A stretch of DNA of 64,000 nt. Source: Candidatus Levyibacteriota bacterium (GTDB taxonomy: Bacteria; Patescibacteriota; Microgenomatia; Levybacterales; UBA12049). Positions 19,358 to 30,364 of this stretch are shown here, one piece after another (the stretch's first letter is position 1; each line of letters opens with the position of its first letter). Both the position numbers and the translations under genes were made by a program. Under the pieces are notes generated by a model. It was given only the letters and a program-made list of their open reading frames with translations, was not told the origin of the DNA and made no database searches. The stretch spans positions 204,104-268,103 of the forward strand of contig OY970292.1 in NCBI GenBank assembly GCA_963716145.1, in the 5' to 3' direction.

Positions 19358-22306
19358 ATGGATAAAATTACAGTAAAAGGCGCAAGGGAGCATAACCTCA
19401 AAAACATTGATCTTGAGATTCCCAAAAATAAGTTGGTTGTTTTCACCGGACTTTCAGGTTCAGGAAAATCTTCTCTTGCATTTGATACTGTTTATGCCGA
19501 GGGGCAAAGGCGTTATGTTGAAAGTCTTTCCTCCTATGCCAGGCAGTTTTTGGGAACTATGAAAAAGCCGGATGTTGATTTGATTGAAGGGCTATCTCCT
19601 GCTATCTCAATTGACCAGAAATCAACATCCCGAAATCCCCGTTCAACTGTCGGGACAGTTACAGAAATATATGACTATATGCGATTATTGTTCGCGCGGA
19701 TTGGGCATCCGCATTGTCCCAATTGCGGACGTGAGATAGCAAGTCTCTCAAAAGAGCAAATAGTAAATTCTGTCTTAGATATACCAAATAAATTCAAAGA
19801 CAAAAGTATAAAACAGCACCGGATATTGATCCTCGCGCCACTGGTTCGGGATAGAAAAGGGGAATACAATGAGCTGTTCAAAGATTTGAAGAAAAGAGGA
19901 TACAGCAAGGTAAGAATAGATGGAAAAATATACGATTTGACAGATGAAGTTGTTCTCATCAAAACAAACAAGCACTCAATTGATCTTGTGATTGATGCGC
20001 TTACGCTTACAAAAGATATGGATAGGCTTCGGCTGTCAACAGATATTGAGCATGCCTTAAAATTTGGAGAAGGAGAGATGATTGTTTCAAGAATTCTTGA
20101 CGCTAGTTTTGCAATGCCCGATAAGCCTCAAAAACTTGAAGATCAACTTTTCTCCGAAAAATTTGCTTGTCCGATTTGCAACATTTCTCTTCCTGAAATT
20201 GAACCTAGAATATTTTCCTTCAATACCCCGCACGGTGCGTGTCCGACCTGCTCAGGTTTGGGAAGGATACTGGATGCAGATCCTGAGCTTGTTTTTAATG
20301 AAAATCTATCTATTAATGAGGGGGGAATTACTCCGTTTTTTAATACGATCAATAATGATACCTGGTTTGCCAGGACCCTTAAAACTTTTGCCAGGGAGCA
20401 TGATATTCCTCTTAACAAACGTTTTTCTGAAATCTCAAAAGAAAAAAAAGAATTATTGCTTAATGGAACAGGTGAGAAGGAGTATTTTGTTGAAGGTGAG
20501 AATCGCTGGGGACGCTCAACTATAATCAGTGAGCCGTTTCGGGGAATTGCCGGAGAACTTAAGAAAAAGTACAATGAGTCGGATTCGCAATACTTAAGGA
20601 CCCAAATTGATAAATTTATGCGTTACGAGATTTGTGACAGATGCAAAGGAGGACGTCTCAAAAAAGAAGCTTTGTCAGTGACAATAAATGATAAATCTAT
20701 AGTTGATATATCTGATATGCCGATTGAGTACGCTTTGGAATTTGTGAAGAATCTTCCAAATACCATAAGTAAACGTGAGCAGGAAATAGGGAAAATGATT
20801 TTGCGGGAAATTATAGAGCGTGTCACTTTCTTAAAAGATGTAGGACTTGAATATCTGACATTGGCCCGCTCGGCGGGATCTCTTTCAGGCGGAGAAGCGC
20901 AGCGGATAAGACTTGCTTCACAAATCGGAAGCGGTTTGACAGGTGTTTTGTACGTTCTTGATGAACCTTCCATTGGGCTTCATCAGCGGGATAACTCTAA
21001 GCTGATCGAAACATTAAAAAAACTAAGAGACTTGGGTAATACTGTTTTGGTAGTTGAGCATGATCAAGACACCATGGAATCCAGCGATTATATTTTTGAT
21101 TTCGGACCGGGAGCAGGCGAGAATGGGGGACATATTACTTCGCAGGGAACAATTGATGAAATAAAAAAAGATAAGAATTCACTAACTGGGGCATACTTAT
21201 CGGGGAGGAAAAAAATACAAGTGCAGAAAACTCAGAATACTCAGAATTCTGGCATTTCAGATAATCTGACGATCAGAGCGTCTGATAAGCTGAGTTTTCC
21301 GAGTGTTCCGAAAAAAGAGCTAAAGATTTTAGGTGCAATGGAACATAATCTTAAAAACATTGATGTCACTTTTCCCTTAAACAAACTTGTGGTAGTGACA
21401 GGAGTTTCAGGTTCAGGAAAATCAACATTGATTAATGATATTCTTTATCATGCCTTGATGCAGATGAAAAATGCGTATCATCCGACAAAACCCGGAAAGT
21501 TTGCATCAATCAAAGGAGGAGAATTCATCCGCAGTGTTTTTGCAATTGATCAGTCTCCAATCGGCAGGACTCCAAGATCAAACGCCGCGACATATACAGG
21601 TGCTTTTACCTACATGAGGACACTTTTTGCATCAACAAAGGAAGCAAAGCTAAGAGGTTACGGGCCGGGAAGATTTTCATTCAATGTTAAGGGCGGTAGG
21701 TGTGAAGCGTGTGAAGGGGAAGGACAGATAAAAATTGAAATGCAATTCATGCCGGATGTTTATATAGCTTGTGAGGTATGTGAAGGAAAACAATACAATC
21801 ACGAAGCGCTTGAGGTGAGGTTTAATGGTAAAAATATTGCAGATGTGCTGGATATGAGCGTTGCCGAAGCAGTTAATTTTTTCTCATTCGTTCCTTCTCT
21901 TTCCCGAAAACTCGCAACACTTAATGATGTGGGCATGTCATACATAAAGCTGGGACAGCCGGCTCCTACTTTATCAGGCGGAGAAGCGCAAAGAGTAAAG
22001 TTGGCAACTGAGTTATCCAAAAAAGGAAGAGATGCTTTATATCTATTGGATGAGCCTACCACGGGTCTTCACTTTGCGGATCTTGAAAAACTACTCTATG
22101 TTTTGCGTGGATTGGTCGACGGCGGAAACTCAATTGTTGTAATTGAGCATAATCTTGATATTATTAAAAATGCTGATTATATAATTGATTTAGGGCCTGA
22201 AGGAGGCGAAAAGGGCGGAAAAGTTATCGCTTGCGGAACACCTGCCGAGATTGCAAATAATCCCCTTTCTTACACGGGAAAGTATTTGAAAAATGTACTA
22301 CAATAA
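19358..22306 (+). CDS. uvrA: Excinuclease ABC subunit A
   Basis: [18 protein letters not shown], zinc fingers, two LSGGEAQR signatures, second Walker [10 protein letters not shown]. Confidence 0.98.
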   Translation: MDKITVKGAREHNLKNIDLEIPKNKLVVFTGLSGSGKSSLAFDTVYAEGQRRYVESLSSYARQFLGTMKKPDVDLIEGLSPAISIDQKSTSRNPRSTVGTVTEIYDYMRLLFARIGHPHCPNCGREIASLSKEQIVNSVLDIPNKFKDKSIKQHRILILAPLVRDRKGEYNELFKDLKKRGYSKVRIDGKIYDLTDEVVLIKTNKHSIDLVIDALTLTKDMDRLRLSTDIEHALKFGEGEMIVSRILDASFAMPDKPQKLEDQLFSEKFACPICNISLPEIEPRIFSFNTPHGACPTCSGLGRILDADPELVFNENLSINEGGITPFFNTINNDTWFARTLKTFAREHDIPLNKRFSEISKEKKELLLNGTGEKEYFVEGENRWGRSTIISEPFRGIAGELKKKYNESDSQYLRTQIDKFMRYEICDRCKGGRLKKEALSVTINDKSIVDISDMPIEYALEFVKNLPNTISKREQEIGKMILREIIERVTFLKDVGLEYLTLARSAGSLSGGEAQRIRLASQIGSGLTGVLYVLDEPSIGLHQRDNSKLIETLKKLRDLGNTVLVVEHDQDTMESSDYIFDFGPGAGENGGHITSQGTIDEIKKDKNSLTGAYLSGRKKIQVQKTQNTQNSGISDNLTIRASDKLSFPSVPKKELKILGAMEHNLKNIDVTFPLNKLVVVTGVSGSGKSTLINDILYHALMQMKNAYHPTKPGKFASIKGGEFIRSVFAIDQSPIGRTPRSNAATYTGAFTYMRTLFASTKEAKLRGYGPGRFSFNVKGGRCEACEGEGQIKIEMQFMPDVYIACEVCEGKQYNHEALEVRFNGKNIADVLDMSVAEAVNFFSFVPSLSRKLATLNDVGMSYIKLGQPAPTLSGGEAQRVKLATELSKKGRDALYLLDEPTTGLHFADLEKLLYVLRGLVDGGNSIVVIEHNLDIIKNADYIIDLGPEGGEKGGKVIACGTPAEIANNPLSYTGKYLKNVLQ
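21224..21310. repeat. In-frame palindromic insert in the uvrA linker
   Basis: AAAACTCAGAATACTCAGAAT...TCAGATAATCTGA...CTGAGTTTTCCGAGTGTT, with about 9-nt periodicity. Confidence 0.6.
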
Positions 22307-22314
22307 AATATGAT

Positions 22315-22420
22315 AATTTTAAATTTTCAGTTTTCAATTTGAAATGAAATCTAAATTTTAAATTATTAAGATTTAAACATTGGAAATTCAATGAAAATTG
22401 TAAATTATAAATTGAAAATT
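22315..22420. repeat. AT-rich periodic palindrome (family A, copy 2)
   Basis: TTTTCAATTTGAAATGAA...TTTAAACATT..AAATTCAATGAAAATTGTAAATTATAAATTGAAAATT; overlaps the next start codon. Confidence 0.6.
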
Positions 22421-24143
22421 GAGCTTTGGTTTATTGCTCTATGGTTGTTTTTCTTCTTTGTCCCATCCGGCGTTTCTGCTTCCACAAACTTCACCACCGA
22501 CTATCGTGTAGTTTATACAATCAATGAAGGCGGCACAACGCATGCTGATTTAAACATTATCCTAACCAACACATCAGCTCAATTTTACGCATCTTCATAC
22601 CAAATTCAGCTTGGATTTGACAATATCGCCAACATTAAAGCATCGGACCGGCAGGGCAGGTAAATACCTCAATAAGTAAAACCAATGATGGACACAATGT
22701 CTTACTTGCCTTTAACAAAAAGGTTGTAGGTCAAGGCGCAAGATGCCTTTTACTTTATCGTTTGATACAGAAAATATAGCACATAATAACGGTAAAATTT
22801 GGGAGATAGACATACCTGGTATTAAAACTCCAAGTGATTTTAAAACCTTTGCGGTTGAAGTTAGGCCGCCATCATCTTTTGGAAAGCCCAGCCTTGTAAA
22901 GCCCCTTCAGAATAGTAAAAGCCTTACATTTGATAAGGATCAGCTGGGAAAATCCGGCATATCAATTGCATTTGGCGATAAACAAGTTTATGATTTTAAT
23001 CTCAAATATCATCTTAAAAATTCCAACCTTTTTCCGCTCAAAACAGAAATTGCGCTTCCTCCGGATACAAATTATCAAAAAGTGTTTATCGAGAATATCA
23101 ATCCAAAGCCAAGTAATGTAATTATAGATAATGACGGGAATTGGCTTGCGCAATACTCATTAACTCCCTCTCAAAAATTGGATATATCTGTGAAGGGGAA
23201 CGTTGAGATCTCTCTTAATCCTAAATCTTCTCCTATCTCGGATAGGGAACTGGCGGAATATACTGCGCCCACCCGATATTGGCAAAGTAATGATCCGCAA
23301 ATTTTAAAATTGGCAAAAAAGTTAAAGACAGCTGACGCAATTTACGAATTTGTAGCGAAAACACTAAAGTATGACTTTTCGCGTGTCACACAAAATAAAG
23401 GACGCCTTGGGGGAATAAATGTTTTAAGTAATCCAACCTCAGCCGCATGCCGTGAATTTACAGATCTTTTTATCGCTCTATCCCGTGCGGCCGGCATTCC
23501 TGCTCGTGAAGTAAATGGGTTTGCTTATACTGAGAACAGCCGCGAACGCCCTGTCTCGCTTGTTCAGGATATTCTTCATGCATGGCCGGAGTATTATGAC
23601 ACACAAAAGAAGAGTTGGGTTATGGTAGATCCTACATGGGGCTCAACAACCGGCGGAGTTGATTATTTTGACGTTTTGGATTTTGATCATTTCACTTTTG
23701 CAATAAAAGGTAAAGCTGACAATTACCCTATACCGGCTGGTGGATACAAAGATTCAAGTGCTAGCACAATGAAAGATGTAGATATTTTGTTCAGCGATAA
23801 ATCATCTGAAACCTCTCAAAGCGTTGATATCCAAACTTCTTTTTCAAAACCTCAGATAGCAGGCCTTCCTATCTCAGTAAATGCTAGATTAGCCAACAGT
23901 AAGGGAAGCGCAACTATTCCCCAACTTATGTATGTATCCTCAGATAATTTGAGTCCAAAAAATAGAGGATTTAAGACTCCGGCTATACCGCCGTTTGGTT
24001 TTGTTGAAAATAAAATAAATTTCGATAGGACGAGCTTTTTGACAAATAAAGACGTCTCATTTGCAATCCGCTATGCAGGAAAAAATATTGAGCAAAAGAC
24101 AAAAATTATTCCGTTTTTTTTGCTCCTTGGAGATAAAAAATGA
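22391..24143 (+). CDS. Secreted transglutaminase-like domain protein, split by two frameshifts (about 22660 and 22742)
   Basis: Signal peptide in 22391..22663; bridging frame VNTSISKTNDGHNVLLAFNKKVVGQGA; catalytic CREFTDL, HAWPEY, VDPTW. Confidence 0.85.
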
Positions 24144-25435
24144 CTTACAAAAGATCAAATTACAACCAGCTTCCTGAAAAAGCAGGGGTATATTTATATT
24201 CAAATGATGCGGGAAAAACTCTTTATGTGGGAAAAGCCAACAATCTCAAGTCACGAGTATCTTCATATTTTGTAAAAAACGCCAATCTTGGAGAAAAGAC
24301 CAGGCTTTTGGTTGAGCAGGTAGCGAAAATAAAGATTGTTATAGTTGAATCAGAACTGGAAGCTCTTCTTCTTGAAGCATTCTACATCAAAAAATTTCGT
24401 CCTAGATATAATATCAGGTTATCTGATGATAAATCATATGTCATGATCCGAATTACGATCAAAAATCCCTATCCCACAATACTTCTTGCAAGGCGGGAAG
24501 AGGATAAAAGCTCCATTTACTTTGGTCCGTATCCCAATTCCGGAGCTGTAAAGCTCGTACTCAAAACAATCAGAAAAGTTTTCCCTTATCAATCAGCTAT
24601 TAATCATCCCAAGCGAATTTGCCTATACAATCATCTCGGTCTTTGTCCGTGTCTTCCGGTTTTTGATTCTCCTGAATTGAGGAAGAATTATAAAAAAAAT
24701 ATTAAAGGTATTATCCGCATTCTTGAGGGCCAATCGCCAAAGATTGTAAAAGAACTTGAGAAGCAAAGGGACAAGCTGAGCAAAAAGGAAAATTATGAAG
24801 AAGCCAATGATATCAATAAAAAAATTAGTGCTCTTAAAATAATCACAGAACCATTTCATAAGCCGTTTGAATACGATCTTAATCCCAACTTAAGAATTGA
24901 TCTGAGAACGCTCGAGACCGCGGAGCTGATGAAGCATCTAGGAGAGAATGGATTGGCCGTTAAAAAACTTCATAGAATTGAATGTTATGATATTTCAAAT
25001 ACGCAGGGAACTCACGCAACAGGTTCAATGGTTGTTTTTACCGCCGGGGAGAAGGATTCAGGCCAATATAGAAGATTTAAGATAAAAAAAGACGGGATAC
25101 CAAATGATTTTGCAATGATGGAAGAGGTTCTTCAAAGAAGAATTCGGCATATTACAGATTGGGGTTTGCCCGACTTGATTATTGTTGATGGGGGGAAAGG
25201 ACAGGTTTCAAGCGCTCTAAAAGCGCTTGCTGTTAATAACATTAATATTCCATTGATAGGATTAGCCAAGCGTGAAGAAACAATTATTATTCCCAAAAAC
25301 ACAGATTTTGTCGAAGTCTCGCTTCCCAAAAACTCAAAAGCCCTGCATCTTATCATGCGAATACGGGATGAAGCTCACAGATTTGCAATTACCTATCACC
25401 GTCTGCTTCGTAGTAAAAACGCTCTAAGTAGTTAG
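24140..25435 (+). CDS. uvrC: Excinuclease ABC subunit C (short form, no HhH tail)
   Basis: GVY..YVGKA.NLKSRV, ECYDISN, PDLIIVDGGKGQ, RDEAHRFAITYHR. Confidence 0.95.
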   Translation: MTYKRSNYNQLPEKAGVYLYSNDAGKTLYVGKANNLKSRVSSYFVKNANLGEKTRLLVEQVAKIKIVIVESELEALLLEAFYIKKFRPRYNIRLSDDKSYVMIRITIKNPYPTILLARREEDKSSIYFGPYPNSGAVKLVLKTIRKVFPYQSAINHPKRICLYNHLGLCPCLPVFDSPELRKNYKKNIKGIIRILEGQSPKIVKELEKQRDKLSKKENYEEANDINKKISALKIITEPFHKPFEYDLNPNLRIDLRTLETAELMKHLGENGLAVKKLHRIECYDISNTQGTHATGSMVVFTAGEKDSGQYRRFKIKKDGIPNDFAMMEEVLQRRIRHITDWGLPDLIIVDGGKGQVSSALKALAVNNINIPLIGLAKREETIIIPKNTDFVEVSLPKNSKALHLIMRIRDEAHRFAITYHRLLRSKNALSS

Positions 25436-25453
25436 GACACAATGGAGATAAAG

Positions 25454-26791
25454 CTAATCACGGCTTACCTCGTACTCATAAGGGAAATAGAGGAAAGACG
25501 CCGGCATGTCTTCGATTAAAAATTTCTGAAAATCGGCATAGATTTTTTTACGTTCTTCAATATTTGTGGTTTTCCGTCCACTTTCCAGCAGTAAATCAAT
25601 TCTTAAATTTTTATACCTTGTAATATTATTAATTTGTCCGGAGTGCCACAATGGATATTGGTCTGAATCATGAGGAACATTAAAATCACTCAAAAAGATT
25701 TGAAAACGGTCCGGTATTTCATCGACTTCTTTTATGCTGGTTTGTATTCCCATTTTATTCCATGAGTCAGCAATAATCCTGGCAGTTTTACTATACTTCT
25801 TGAGCGTTGTAATAGTTAATTTTATATTTCCGTCGGGACGAAGTAATTTTGCGTGATCCAGATCCATTGTCCTTTCCGCAAGATCTTGATTAAAATAAAT
25901 TGAAGTAGGAGAGTAGGGAAGATATGCTTTCCTGCCGAATTCAATTTCATTCGGGAGAGCGTAATTGAGGGCAAGACGAAGTTTTTTGTCTGACAGTGTT
26001 TTGTCTTGTGTGTTATAAAATAGTGTGACAAGATGAGAGTAATCAGTTGTTTTTAGAACTTTCGTTCGCGGAAATTTTTGAAAAGAAAGATTCTTAAATT
26101 CAGCGTTGTTTAGTCCCTTAGCCGTAGTAATCTCTCCCAACATAAAAGCTTCTTTCAGCGCCGATTGGGTCGGGTAAAAAACAAACTTGACAGTATCAAA
26201 TCTATTTTTTATAAGCCCAAGGGTAAGATTCTGAACAAAATTTCCATTAAGCTGAATATTTTTTATAAAATAGTCTCCTGCTCCAGTTAATCCTTTTTTG
26301 AATACAGGCTGGGAAACAGTGGATAAAAAAGGCGCATAGGCGTCTTTAAGTTTAAATACAATAGTGTTTTTATCCGGTTTTTCAACTTTGACATCAGAAA
26401 AATTGTAGTTAAGATCAGATGAGTTAAGCTTGCTCCCATCACTGAAAGTAACGTTTGGATTGAGATTAAATGTGTATGTTTTACCTTTATCGGTTATGTT
26501 GTAACTGGTTGCCAGGTCAGGCTTTATAGTTCCGTCTGCATTAACTTTCGTAAGTCCATGGGATAATTTACTCTTGATAAGTAACGGTAAGTTATCTTTT
26601 TCATATGACCCGACAATACCTATTACCGGATATCTGTGAAGTGTAAAAAATGCTTTCAAATAACGGGATCCAAAAAGTACCGCGAAAAATACCAAAAGTC
26701 CCGCTAGAAAAGAAAAGATAAGTATTTTTTTTGATTTTTTTACGTAGGCCTTGATAAGCCAAAAAATGAGTCTTTTTCTAACAACTACCAT
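25454..26791 (-). CDS. Family 5 ABC substrate-binding protein (OppA-like)
   Basis: PDLATSY, KTYTF.L, FSDG, LRLALNYA, RKKIYADFQ..L.EDMP. Confidence 0.85.
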   Translation of the reverse strand: MVVVRKRLIFWLIKAYVKKSKKILIFSFLAGLLVFFAVLFGSRYLKAFFTLHRYPVIGIVGSYEKDNLPLLIKSKLSHGLTKVNADGTIKPDLATSYNITDKGKTYTFNLNPNVTFSDGSKLNSSDLNYNFSDVKVEKPDKNTIVFKLKDAYAPFLSTVSQPVFKKGLTGAGDYFIKNIQLNGNFVQNLTLGLIKNRFDTVKFVFYPTQSALKEAFMLGEITTAKGLNNAEFKNLSFQKFPRTKVLKTTDYSHLVTLFYNTQDKTLSDKKLRLALNYALPNEIEFGRKAYLPYSPTSIYFNQDLAERTMDLDHAKLLRPDGNIKLTITTLKKYSKTARIIADSWNKMGIQTSIKEVDEIPDRFQIFLSDFNVPHDSDQYPLWHSGQINNITRYKNLRIDLLLESGRKTTNIEERKKIYADFQKFLIEDMPASFLYFPYEYEVSRD

Positions 26792-26798
26792 AATGTTT

Positions 26799-27026
26799 TT
26801 ATTTTAGTTGGGGGAAAAGGAGAGCAATTGATAAAATAACCAGAAGAATGGCGAGAACAATAGTCGCAATCACGAGAAATTTCTCAACATTTCTTTTGCT
26901 TCTATACATCTCTCCTCCTCCCCCAAATACCGGCGATAAACCCTCTTCAGGTGCTTGGAGCAAAATACTTGCGATTAAAAGTACGGCTATTGTTATTTGC
27001 GCAATTGTTAATATTGTTCCTAACAT
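26799..27026 (-). CDS. secG: Preprotein translocase subunit SecG
   Basis: ILLQ...GLSPVFGGGG.MYRSKRNVEKFL, two TM helices. Confidence 0.9.
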   Translation of the reverse strand: MLGTILTIAQITIAVLLIASILLQAPEEGLSPVFGGGGEMYRSKRNVEKFLVIATIVLAILLVILSIALLFPQLK

Positions 27027-27080
27027 TGTTGGTATTCCCAATTATATATCCCTGAGCTCCCCGATGCAAGTTTTGCTTGT

Positions 27081-27482
27081 CTAGTCCATGAGCCAGGAAA
27101 GAGCGGATTCAATAACGGAGATGACAAAAGCTATAAAAATATATGCGAGATAAATGTTAAGCGAGAATTCTGGAGTAGAAAAACCTAAATAATGAAAAGA
27201 TGGATATCTAAAGGCGGAGATTAAAATTCCGTCTACAAACCGGGTCATAAGATAGAGAATGAATCCGTTTGTGACAATTGAAAAAAGCCCAAGTGTAATC
27301 AAATTTACTGGAAAACTGATGATGTTAAGTATTGGTTTTAAGACCAAAAACATCAGAGCGAGCGCTGCTCCTCCGATAAAAAGGGTCTCAAGCCCGCCGT
27401 TTATCTTGACTCCGGAAATTATAAAAGGCAAAAGATAAAGAGTAAAAGTGTAAATAGCGATTCTGCGCAAAATTGTTTTCAT
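27081..27482 (-). CDS. 4-TM phage-holin-family (DUF360/YvlD) membrane protein
   Basis: KPILNIISFPVNLITLGLF motif. Confidence 0.85.
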   Translation of the reverse strand: MKTILRRIAIYTFTLYLLPFIISGVKINGGLETLFIGGAALALMFLVLKPILNIISFPVNLITLGLFSIVTNGFILYLMTRFVDGILISAFRYPSFHYLGFSTPEFSLNIYLAYIFIAFVISVIESALSWLMD

Positions 27483-27526
27483 ATTTCGATAAACTCAATA
27501 TGATCCAGAGTAAAATCGAAGGATCA
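27483..27526 (-). repeat. Degenerate copy of the TTCGAC..CTCA / TGAG..TCGAA hairpin family
   Basis: Minus strand TGATCCTTCGATTTTACTCTGGATCATATTGAGTTTATCGAAAT directly precedes the ATG; resembles 34812-34829. Confidence 0.55.
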
Positions 27527-27624
27527 TCCATAAAAGCGTATCAGAAGCTGTTTGGGGTGTCAATTTATTCCTGGGTTATCTTGATTTAAATCATGTTACG
27601 GAGTATTATTGTAAATACAATTTT

Positions 27625-28761
27625 ATGAATACCTTTATATGTCCCCATTGCAAGAAACAGGTTGAACTTTCAGAAGCCATAATCCACGAGTTTCAGGATA
27701 AAATTCGTGAAGAAGAAAGGAAAAGTCTTAAAACAGCATTTGAAAAAGAGAAGGCTGAAGAAAAAGCGCAATACGAAAAAAGGCTAAGAACTCAGCTTGA
27801 ATCTGAAAACAAACAAAAAGAAAAAGAACAGCAAGTTGAAAACAAAAGGCAATTATTGGAGTTGGAAAAGGCAAAACAAAAGGAGAAAGAGCTCGAAGAA
27901 AAACTTGTGAAGGAAAAAGAAGAAAGGGCCAAAGCAGAGGAAAAAACGCTTGCGGATGCTAGGAAGAAGGCTGAGGAAGAAGTTGAGCTAAAATTAAAAC
28001 AAAAAGATATCCAGCTTGAGCAGGTAATAAAAGCCAATCAGGACCTAAATAGAAAGCTTGAACAGGGCTCCCAGCAACTGCAAGGCGAGGCTTTAGAATT
28101 GAACCTTGAGGAAAAATTAAAAAAGGCCTTTCCAAATGATGATTTTTTCCCGGTTCCAAAAGGAGTGGAGGGTGGAGATATTTGGCAAAAAATTAGATTC
28201 AAAGATAAAATAGTCGGGTCAATTCTCTGGGAAACCAAGAGAACAAAAACGTGGAGTAAGTTTTGGCTTCTCAAGCTTAAAGAAGACAGCGGCAAAATCA
28301 GCTCAACAGAGGCAATACTAGTATCAATTGCGTTGCCTCCTGAGATTTCAAATTTTGACAGAAAAGAAGGTGTTTGGGTAACCACATACGAGCATGCTAT
28401 CAATATCTGCCGCTATGTGCGGTTCTTGATCACAACAGTTGCCTCTGTTAAGTCATCAACTGATCACACAGAAGAGGAATGGGGCTTGATCCGGGACTAC
28501 ATGATGGGGGATTCATTCAAACACAGAATGCAGGCTCATTTCGATGGAGTGAGCTCGCTTAGATCCACCCTGGATGCAGAAAAAAAATCTACTATCATCC
28601 GCTGGAAGAAATTGGAGTCAACGATTGAAAAGTTAAGCAACAATACCATAAATTTCTACGGTGAATTAAAAACAATTGTCACCAACCTGCCTGAAATTGG
28701 AGAAATTGATTCGTCAATGTTATTGGAAGAAAAATCTCAGCAAAATCTTTTAGATGAATGA
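27625..28761 (+). CDS. DUF2130-family coiled-coil protein
   Basis: CPHC N-terminus, GSQQLQGEALE, VPKG..GGD, ILWETKRTK.WS..WL.KLKED. Confidence 0.9.
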   Translation: MNTFICPHCKKQVELSEAIIHEFQDKIREEERKSLKTAFEKEKAEEKAQYEKRLRTQLESENKQKEKEQQVENKRQLLELEKAKQKEKELEEKLVKEKEERAKAEEKTLADARKKAEEEVELKLKQKDIQLEQVIKANQDLNRKLEQGSQQLQGEALELNLEEKLKKAFPNDDFFPVPKGVEGGDIWQKIRFKDKIVGSILWETKRTKTWSKFWLLKLKEDSGKISSTEAILVSIALPPEISNFDRKEGVWVTTYEHAINICRYVRFLITTVASVKSSTDHTEEEWGLIRDYMMGDSFKHRMQAHFDGVSSLRSTLDAEKKSTIIRWKKLESTIEKLSNNTINFYGELKTIVTNLPEIGEIDSSMLLEEKSQQNLLDE

Positions 28762-28793
28762 TCCAGCATTGGGGTTTTGCTTCCGGGCGCCGA

Positions 28794-28991
28794 TTAAAGA
28801 GCTGGAAATACCGGCAAGCTAAAATCAGGAATCGCAAAGCCTTTTGGAATAATACTTGTTTTTTCGTCCTCAACTTTCGTAATTTCTTCATTCATAATAT
28901 AGCCTTTATTTAATTCCTGTTTTTTAACTTCTTTTTCCTTTAGAATCATCAGCCAGTTGTTTGATTGTTTGTACATAAGTGCTTCCTCCAT
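28794..28991 (-). CDS. Small hypothetical protein
   Basis: 65-aa ORF with TATACT 7 nt before the ATG; no motif. Confidence 0.35.
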   Translation of the reverse strand: MEEALMYKQSNNWLMILKEKEVKKQELNKGYIMNEEITKVEDEKTSIIPKGFAIPDFSLPVFPAL

Positions 28992-29107
28992 CTGTAAGCA
29001 GTATAGATATCGCTATGAAATTAAGCTTTATGTTTGCCTTACAAAATACCCACAAGAGCTGTGTTTAACATGAATGCAATTGGGCCAAATAATTTAGGTA
29101 TAGCAAC

Positions 29108-30334
29108 TTAAGTAGTTGTCTCTTCGACGGGTGAAATTTTGGAAACTTCAATAAATATTTTAGAACCGTCTTTTTTAAGAGTTCCTTTTACATTTGAAAA
29201 TCCTTCTGTGACCTCAGCTCCGCTATAGTATCCAAGCGTTGGTCCGGAATCATCGGTTAAAGTCAATACAAGTCTGTGATTTTCAGGATCTTCTGCCTGT
29301 TTTTTTACGAAGAAGTCCTTATCTATTGCTTCTTCAGGTGATTCAGTTACAGGGTTTTCAGAAGTAGCGGGAGCAACCTGATCAGCAGCCGGTGGATTAT
29401 CCGTATCCGCAGACTGTATCCGTTTTCTCTTTATCAAAAAGAAAACTACTCCAGCTACTAAGCCAATAGCTAGAAACACAAATAGGATTACGAGAAATAT
29501 ATTTCCTCCGTTTGTGGGTTTTTTCGCAGCAACGTTATTGGTTTGTTTGGTTACAGTCGGTTTTGCTAAGGGTTTGGTAATTGAGGGTTTGGAGATGGTT
29601 TTGGTTGGTCCTGCAAAAATTGAGGGTACGGGTAATCCCATTTCCAGTAGTGTCTTAAAACTGCCATATATAAGATTGTAGTCTGTGCCGTCAATGGTTC
29701 CATTGTCATCCAGATCCGCGGCTTTTTTGTCAGCGCAGCCTGCTGAGTCTGCTTTTGCTCCAAAGCAGCTAACAAGAGCGTTGTAATCGTTTATATCCAT
29801 AGTATTATCCTCTTTTGCAGCAGGGTAAATATCTCCCAAGATAACCGTTTGGCCAGTTATAATTAAAGTCTGACCGTACGATTTATTTATTTCGAAAACT
29901 TTCCCTCCAACAGCGCTCTCCTTAGCTTTTACAAGTTTTGAGAGTGTTTGGCTGGACTTAAAACTGATTTGATATTTTCCATCAGGAACATCAGTCCCCA
30001 GATCTATGTTTTGATTTACAAAAGTTCCAAAAGTAGGGCTGGTTGATTCAGAATCATACACTGCCTGAGTTTTTACTGACGCGAGAGATTTGACAGTTGG
30101 ATCTGAAGAATTAACATCGGGAGCAAAGAAGTAAATAGTTACATCGCGAGTGCTGCGAAGAGGCGTGAGATTTCCGCTTTCACTACCAATTCCGGGAATT
30201 CTGAAGTCAAGCTTAACAACTGCTCCAATCGGAGAAGGAAGAGATTCTACGGGTTTATCAGTTTGAGCAGAAGCAGGTGTAGTTCTTGAGCAAATAAACA
30301 GTAAAAATAAAAATAAGGGCAGAAATTTCTTCAT
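29108..30334 (-). CDS. Membrane-anchored surface protein with dockerin-like Ca-binding repeats
   Basis: Signal peptide, GDI....DNTMDINDY and ADLDDNGTIDGTDY, PT linker, TM helix, cytoplasmic tail. Confidence 0.75.
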   Translation of the reverse strand: MKKFLPLFLFLLFICSRTTPASAQTDKPVESLPSPIGAVVKLDFRIPGIGSESGNLTPLRSTRDVTIYFFAPDVNSSDPTVKSLASVKTQAVYDSESTSPTFGTFVNQNIDLGTDVPDGKYQISFKSSQTLSKLVKAKESAVGGKVFEINKSYGQTLIITGQTVILGDIYPAAKEDNTMDINDYNALVSCFGAKADSAGCADKKAADLDDNGTIDGTDYNLIYGSFKTLLEMGLPVPSIFAGPTKTISKPSITKPLAKPTVTKQTNNVAAKKPTNGGNIFLVILFVFLAIGLVAGVVFFLIKRKRIQSADTDNPPAADQVAPATSENPVTESPEEAIDKDFFVKKQAEDPENHRLVLTLTDDSGPTLGYYSGAEVTEGFSNVKGTLKKDGSKIFIEVSKISPVEETTT

Positions 30335-30364
30335 AATATTGTTAGCAGTAAATTTTTTGATGTA

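Noticed and set aside
27081-27482. Phage holin as evidence of a prophage
   Set aside because: This family is common in chromosomes, and the gene sits next to secG with no endolysin.
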